A DNA stretch of 64,000 bases from Eledone cirrhosa (taxonomy: Eukaryota): assembly GCA_964016885.1 (NCBI GenBank), contig OZ024743.1:314836001-314900000 (forward strand), read 5' to 3'. This document shows, piece by piece, positions 57,190 through 64,000 of this stretch. Within the stretch, counting starts at the first letter, position 1, and each line of letters opens with the position of its first letter. The position numbers were made by a program, and so were the translations under genes. Below the pieces are notes generated by a model. It saw only the letters and a program-made list of their open reading frames with translations. It was not told the DNA's origin and did no database searches.

Positions 57190-58943
57190 TATATTTCTCT
57201 TTCTAATAATTTGAGTACATTTTTTACCGACCACCTTCCTCGTAGCAAGTTGTAAAAGAAACGAAATTGTCATTACTTGAATCGCAAGAATATTTTGCAC
57301 ATTTTAATGTATGTTATCTCTTTCTCTTAATTCCGAGTATATTTTTTTTGACCAGCCACCTTCCTTGTGGCAAGGTTGTAAAAGAAAAGAAATTGTCATC
57401 CCTTGAATCGCAAGAATGTTTTGATAATTTTAAGGGTGCCAGCTATCGCAGCCATTTGTAGACTATGAATTAGGGAGCTGCGCTTTTTGTCCGTAAATCC
57501 AAGTTCAGTCATACTTTGGTCCAGCGGGTTGGTATATATGGTAGCTCCAATAATGATGTGTATGAAGCTAAAGGTGTATCTTGGATACTGGATTTGTAAA
57601 CTCCTCATCAATGGTCCGTATATGTCCTCCCTCTCCTGTATTTTTCTGACAACGTTTACATCAAGTGGGCAGCCGATCTCCACAACATAACACGTTTTCA
57701 ATGTGTGGTCCCAAATAACAATATCAGGCCGGTTGTGCTTTAATTTGGTGGCAGTTTTTATTTTCAGGTTCCACCAGTATTCCTTAGTGCCATCTGTCTC
57801 TATATATTCTTCCTCGTTTGTTGTTAATTTTGTTTTCCGAAGTGCGTTCCAGATGGTTCTAGCTATCCCATCGTGTCTCATGGGAGGCAGTAGCGAGATG
57901 ACATTCTTTCGCAGCTGGCAACCATGTGGCTTACATCCTTGATCTTTGTTTTACATAGCCTACATTTATTGTCAGCTGCTGGCCCTCCTCTTTTGTGCAG
58001 CAGATATTTGGTAGGGAGTTCTTGTTCCTGTATTGCATAGAGATATCCCTCAAGGTGTGATGTCATAAACCTGTCGGAACTCCATGTCAGGCTTTTTGAG
58101 TGGTTCATCCCCTCTATGGTCTGTATTTTACGTCTCAAGTATCCATGCACAACTTTTTCTGTAAATTGGTCAATTTTTTTTTATCTTGTTTGAACATTGA
58201 ATAGGATCTTCCGATTTCTCTGGGTGAGAGATTTATATCAGGCTTTATTCCATATCTCTCCTCCAGATCAGTCGCTATTCTAATGATATTTTTTTTTTTA
58301 TTCTTATAAACCTGGGCAAGATGGTTGCCAATCTTTTTCCTCTATTGAAGGTGTTGCTTTAGTGTTACTATCCGGGTCTCATATGTTGTTAATATTGATT
58401 TTAGACCCCGGCCACCTTCCTTGCGTGAGAAGTATAGCCTATCCACATCACCATTGATGTTAAAGTTCCCAGTAACACTGAGAAGTTTGTGAGTTCTAAC
58501 ATCCATCTCACTTAATTCTTGCAATGACCAGTTCAGCAGGCCAACTGTTGGCGTTAGAATTGGCACAGCATAAGTATTGTGGGCAATGTATTTGTTGTAC
58601 GCTGACAGTTCTGATGACCATATTTTCTTTACTCTTCTGAGGTATTCAGTTCTGGTTCTCTCCTTATATATGGGTCCATCATATCTGACATTCTAATCCT
58701 GTCCAAGATATCTGTAGTTGTCACCTGACAGTAGAGGTTGTATTGTCAGGCCGTTCATCTCTAGTTTTCTAGAGGAGGGCACAGCTCTTCCACGTTTTAC
58801 TGCCAAATATGCACACTTAGACTCACCAAATTTCATTTTGATGTCGGTTGAAACTTGTGTAATGAGGTCCAATTGTTTCTTGATGTCATTGATATTTGGC
58901 TCATACAACTTCAGGTCATCAACAATGAAAAGATGGGAGATAC
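57190..58943 (-). mobile_element. 5'-truncated R4/Dong-type non-LTR retrotransposon (RT C-terminus, CCHC, restriction-like endonuclease)
   Basis: ISHLFIVDDLKLY; YRYLG; DRLYFSRKEGGRGL; AIQEQ..CRLC..SHMVASC; RHD; HNRPDIVIWD..VEIGCP; 5' end abuts (TATG)n. Confidence 0.9.
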
Positions 58944-59049
58944 TTATGTATGTATGTATGTATGTATGTATGTATGTATGTATGTATGTATGTATGTATG
59001 TATGTATGTATGTATGTATTTATGTGTGTATGTATGTATGTATGTATGT

Positions 59050-59895
59050 CAGGTCACCAGTTGCTGCTACTGGTAACATGTATCCCAGCCAACCTGTCTC
59101 ATGGTCGGGGCGTTGGCGACTAAACTGGCAACCCCACCAAGGTTTCTTGGTGAGGACGGTGACTTTGGACATCCTGCAGGAATAAAAACAAAACCTGTCA
59201 AAGGGCAAAGGAGCTCTTAAGAGTCAATGGCCAGCCAAAATCACCGGGAGAGATGACCCCTTAGCCTTTGTCAAGGCAGAATTCTAGGAGAAGGAAAACT
59301 CTGATATAACACCTGCAACCCTGATGGTATCAAATGATGTTCACTTGTTCTTCTTTTTGGTAAATATCATATTGGTTAAGAGAGTGGGACTGGCTTTGTG
59401 CAGTGCCTTTGCTCACTATAAAAGCTTCACGGCACAGGCATTGCTTTATATCTGGAGATCTCTCTGCACTTGTCATCACATGTTACAGAGTTTTCAAGTC
59501 GCTGGGTGGACTAAAAAGTCACACTCGTTCAGCGCATCGGTAGGGGTTCTCCTACATGGATATAAAGTAGTGGCCGTACTCGTAAACGAGTTGGCAGTCG
59601 CCATATATGTATGTAGGTTTGTAGATAGGTATGTATATATGTATGACACTATGATTTAAAACCTGCGACTTCGTTGATGTGGCAAATGCATTTCATGTTC
59701 TGAGAATGGGTCGGCCCCGTGTAAAGCATTTCGTCACGCAAAGGCATCACTTGATAAGTGACATGGTTTTCGATGTATGGCATTGTTGGCCATAGGCAAG
59801 TCCCTAGCAGGACTAAAAGGCCACGTTCGTGAAGTTCATGCTTTAGTAGCAAGCGGTGGCATTACACGAAATCGAATTGCAGCCATCATCATCAT
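59050..59895 (+). mobile_element. Non-autonomous RTE-related element (structured 5' head, (CAT)n tail)
   Basis: RTE 5'UTR-like CTAGGAGAAGGAAAACTCTGA; head shared with 31117-31200; body and tail shared with 908-1215 and 23860-24095. Confidence 0.6.
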
Positions 59896-59927
59896 GTATG
59901 TATGAATGTGTGCGTGTCCTGTATACC

Positions 59928-59982
<55 letters not shown>

Positions 59983-60345
59983 AAGAGTAAAATCCAAAGA
60001 GGGCTCTATAAGGATAAATATATATAAGAACCGTAGAGCAAATATTTATTAAAATAACAGATTAAAGTTTAAGCAAAGAATCGCTGCATTCACCCTTAAC
60101 GGGATCTTCTGAAACTAACAATGTCAATCTGTGAACGCAGAAGTGAATATTTCAAAAACCGTTGCAACTGGAGGAATACAGGAGACGATACTTTGGTTCT
60201 GGCAAAGACCGGGAAAAATCGAATATAATACGTCATTATTTGGAGCGGTGAAAAACAATTACACGCAAAGACAAAACCACGTTTATGGTGAACTAACTGT
60301 TCTGTTACCTCTTCTATCTCTCTCTCTCTATATATATATATATAT

Positions 60346-60417
<72 letters not shown>

Positions 60418-60592
60418 CCATATTTTCTAATATATATATATATATGACTTCCGGCCGAAGTGTTGAAACGTCTTCCACTCCCACCAAATGTCAACCTAAT
60501 ATAACTGTGTACATTTGGCTCCTGTGTTTTATTCATTTATTTTCAACTATATATATATATTAGAAATTATGCAAATCTATGAAATCCTTATT

Positions 60593-62520
60593 AGATTGGA
60601 AAATAAACCAGAAAGTCTCAGCGTTTAAACACGATACAAGTAAATATGAGATAAATGACAGTACTTGGAGAGTTTGGCCTCCTCAGCCAGACGTGCAGCA
60701 GTACTTGGGTTAGTCGCAGACTGCACACGAGAAAGTGTCGCTGTAAATGGCATCCCTGACGAGAGGTTTGCCACCGAGTAACGGGAAGATGGTCATACCG
60801 CATGGCCTTTTGCTATCCCTTTGGTCCAGGCCCACCGGCTCGAGCTGGGAGGGAAAGATTTCAGCATCCAAGCCATGCTTAATGACCTCGTTGAGGGTAG
60901 CATGGCGTAGAAGTCGGCCAGCATTGTGGTGGCAGGAAAGCGGGTCGAGTCCGAAAGTGTCCACGGTGGATCCACAGCGACATTTATGTGGCGCGCAGGT
61001 CGGGAGTCCAAGCCTCAAGAAAACGCCGATGCGCAGACTGTCGTTATCCATCTCCGTGCCAGTAGTGAAAGATTCCAACGCATGAAGCCAGGCACATTTG
61101 TGGGGTTTAGAGGCCGCGCGAAAACAAGCAAGGCTGTGCTGGTTGAGCTGGCACGTGAGCCTGTTTGAGGCCAGCACTGGATGGCATCTCATATGCTTTG
61201 GGGTGACTTGACGTCAGCAGGAGGAGAAGGAGGAGGGACATCTACCGGGCTAAGTCCAAGCCTGTCCCACGCCTCACAGGCGACTTCATGTTCCCTGAAC
61301 ACAGAGGGTTCTATTGTGTTTCGGAGAACCCTGTTTTCAAGGACGCGGCATGAGGTCACCGATGAAAGAAACGCTGGCAACGCCAGCGAGATCGGGGATT
61401 GGAGGCCAAGGCCGCCGAATCTTAGATAAAGTGGTCTGTTACCATCCAATGTCATCAAACCTGACGTTGCATATCACCTCAGCTGCCGCTCGGATACAAG
61501 TATCGAGGTCAGCGAGGAGAGATGCGTGGCTGTAGCACGGAGCGCTGCGAAGGGTGTAGAGGAGATTCGTCATGGCGAAGCAGTTCCTCAGCAGGAGTTG
61601 GAATTGTTGTAGCCTAGACCTGATGGTGGATCTGATGGACAGCGAGGAGATCGGTGACCCGAGGATGAGGACATACTCTCTGGGGGTCACATGTACCTGG
61701 TGGAGAATAGACCGTACGTCCGAGACGGAGGCTGCAAACCTCTGAGCATCATAGCTGACATTCACCACCTACGAGTTGGATGAGTTGACCTGGAGGCCGA
61801 TTCCCACCAGGGCAGGAACCACGGATTGAAGGTCATAGCAGACAGTCTAGGTACCAAATGTAGCATCGTCTTGGTAACAAACGTTGAGAGGGGCCGTGAT
61901 ACTCCGGGCAATGTGGTCTATACCAAGGGGCACAGTTGGACCCCAGTTGCCGAAGGTATGACCGTGTCAGCAGCAAGGAGCATGCTCGGGGCTCCGTATG
62001 AGAAGTAGGCCAGCGGTTAGGCGGAGGGAGCTCGGCTGAGGCAGGCATTGAGCAGATGGTCCAGGCGTATGGAGCTAAAGGCATTCCTCATGTCAAGATT
62101 GGCAATGAGTTGCCTGGTGTCCCTGGATGCGGGTATGGTGGGCAGCCATTGAAGAACTACCAGGCTGCATGTGCGGCCCCCTCACAGACACCGGACACGC
62201 CGACACCCAGTTGCTCCGGACTGAACCTCTCACCCAGTTCAGGTGTTATGGACCTACAGACCACCTTAGTAGCCAGCCCCCGGAAGACATTGCCCACAGC
62301 GATGGGGCGTATGCCACCTCTTTCTTCCTGCTAGTGGTCAGGCTAACCGAAAAAAGAGGCCTCGGGCGTAAGGATCCAGTGCGCCATGAATCGACAATAC
62401 TAGTTACGTTTTCATTTCGATCCCGCCGATGCAACAATGTCATCCATACTCCTGAAATTGACAAAAGGAACTACCGATCACCGTTCACAAAACGAAATTG
62501 TTGGTATTGTGCCTAAATAA
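60593..62520 (-). mobile_element. CRE-type non-LTR retrotransposon remnant (RT plus restriction-like endonuclease)
   Basis: KKEGGIRPIAVGNVFR; ATGVQ; IWYLD; LRFGGLGL; HKCRCG..FGLDPLSC..RH..LN; KRPCGMTIFP..GKPLVRD; flanked by GAAATCCTTATT on both sides. Confidence 0.88.
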
Positions 62521-62634
62521 GAAATCCTTATTGTTAGCATTATTATTATTAGGGGTCGATAAAATAAAGTACCAGTAATGCACTGGGTAAATGCTGGCCT
62601 TGTGCCTAAAGTAGAAACAATTATTATTATTATG

Positions 62635-64000
62635 GGCGGTGGATTGGTAAACGCAAACAACCTAAACAGGCACAAGAAGAAATACACACACAAATGTTTG
62701 AAACCACAGACACCGTACTCACAACAAACACAACCGAAACAACACCACTAAAACCATCACCACTACAGTCACGAAAACAATAAAACCGCACCAACAAAAC
62801 AGAAGAAAACTTCGTGCATGTCAAAAGGGCCAACAAGTAATTGATGGCAGTCGTAGCACAAAGTAAAGAAATACAAACTGATGGGGACATTTTTAAATCG
62901 AGCTCGTTTCGCGTGCCGTAAGATTTGTTTCTGGTGAGATTGTCGCTCGATTCCTACAAAGGGATTCGAGACAGCTTTCCTCGGGACGTGGGAGCCCCCA
63001 GTAAAACCCACATCCAGACTTTAAAAAGAGTTCCCAAAAGAAACCCCACCAACTATGGAGGTCGAACCACCTGACCTTCATAAGAGCACGGGAGGTAAGT
63101 AAACCTTTCCTCTCTTTTTTAGCCTGCCAATATGGTCATACTAAGAGTAGGAGGTTTAAATGTTGAGGCCACGTGTCGCCCTAGAATCACGGTCACCTGC
63201 TCAACGAACTCAGGTCTCCAGAAATGGAAGTAATTACCGTCAGCGAGACCAGGATTTCCGACATGCTCGCATTAACCCCCATTTTCGACGACTATCAGAT
63301 CCACTCATCTGTTAGTCGGCCGGGAATGGGAGGTGGGGTGGCAGTGCTGTTTAGGAAAAATCCTGGATCTTGAGGTAAGGTTGATCCTCCGGGACCCAGA
63401 CGGTAATTTGGTGGTCCTGGACATGAACAATAGTGAAGTTGGTTCATTTAGACTGGAGACCGTCTACACCCCTACAGGGGCAGCACGGCCGGACTTATTT
63501 AGATGCCTGGAAGCCTTTTGGGGTACGCCTCGCCCTTTACTGTTAGCGGGGGACAGGAACGGCATGTTAGACGCACGGTGGATTTGTGTGGGAGAGCCGT
63601 TAGGAACGAGGGGTGCAAAAAACTCAAGTACCTGATCAGCCAGTTCCAACTGACATGTGCCGACTAGATTTGCCTAATGCACCAGTGTCGACCTGGACAA
63701 ACCGTTTAGGGACATCAAGATCGTACTTATATAGGTTTCTAATTAGATTAGTGGATAAAGATAGTATAGAGTGTCCGCAATTACATACAGCCGCCTATTC
63801 AGATCACAAGTTAAGTTTGTGATCTTTATGGTCGATCTAGATAAGACTCGTAGATTAGGACCTGGTTACTGGAAGCTGAATATGTGGCTTCCGGCACGTA
63901 AAACTTACAGGGACCGGGTCAACAATTTAGTTAAGCAAAAGGTTGACAGGGGGGGGGGCTCATTAACAACACACGGTGGGGGGCACGCAAAAGAGAGATT
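62635..64000 (+). mobile_element. Tx1/L1-type LINE: upstream region and decayed ORF2 endonuclease, running off the window
   Basis: ATG at 63131: MVILRVGGLNV..VSETR..GGGVAVL..DPDGNLVVLD..VYTP..AGDRN..TWTN..YSDHK..GPGYWKLN. Confidence 0.85.

Overview
AT-rich, microsatellite-dense eukaryotic non-coding DNA, very probably from an octopod cephalopod (inferred from the repeated SINE motif GCCTTTCATCC..GGGGTCGATAAAATAAAGTACCAGT and the density of (TA)n/(CA)n tracts). No intact protein-coding gene is supported, and most ORF-track entries ([12 protein letters not shown]) are translated microsatellites. The window holds many decayed retroelements: Penelope-like elements (PLEs; GIY-YIG and RT remnants), RTE-type, CRE-type, R4/Dong-type and Tx1-type LINEs, and tRNA-derived SINEs. 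The main hidden signal, found by reading both strands by eye, is about 20 type I hammerhead ribozyme (HHR) motifs from roughly ten unrelated repeat families. They lie mostly in non-coding foldback or partial-tandem units inserted at (TA)n tracts. Several have unusual features: 50-116 nt stem II domains, a U3:A8 compensatory core, and recurrent C4 cores. Other observations are a twin-priming-type 5' inversion in an RTE-like LINE, a doubly truncated CRE copy with a 12-bp target-site duplication (TSD), a candidate HDV-like ribozyme remnant, and a possible host first exon near 20.4-22 kb. All RNA structures are manual predictions and no activity is shown.
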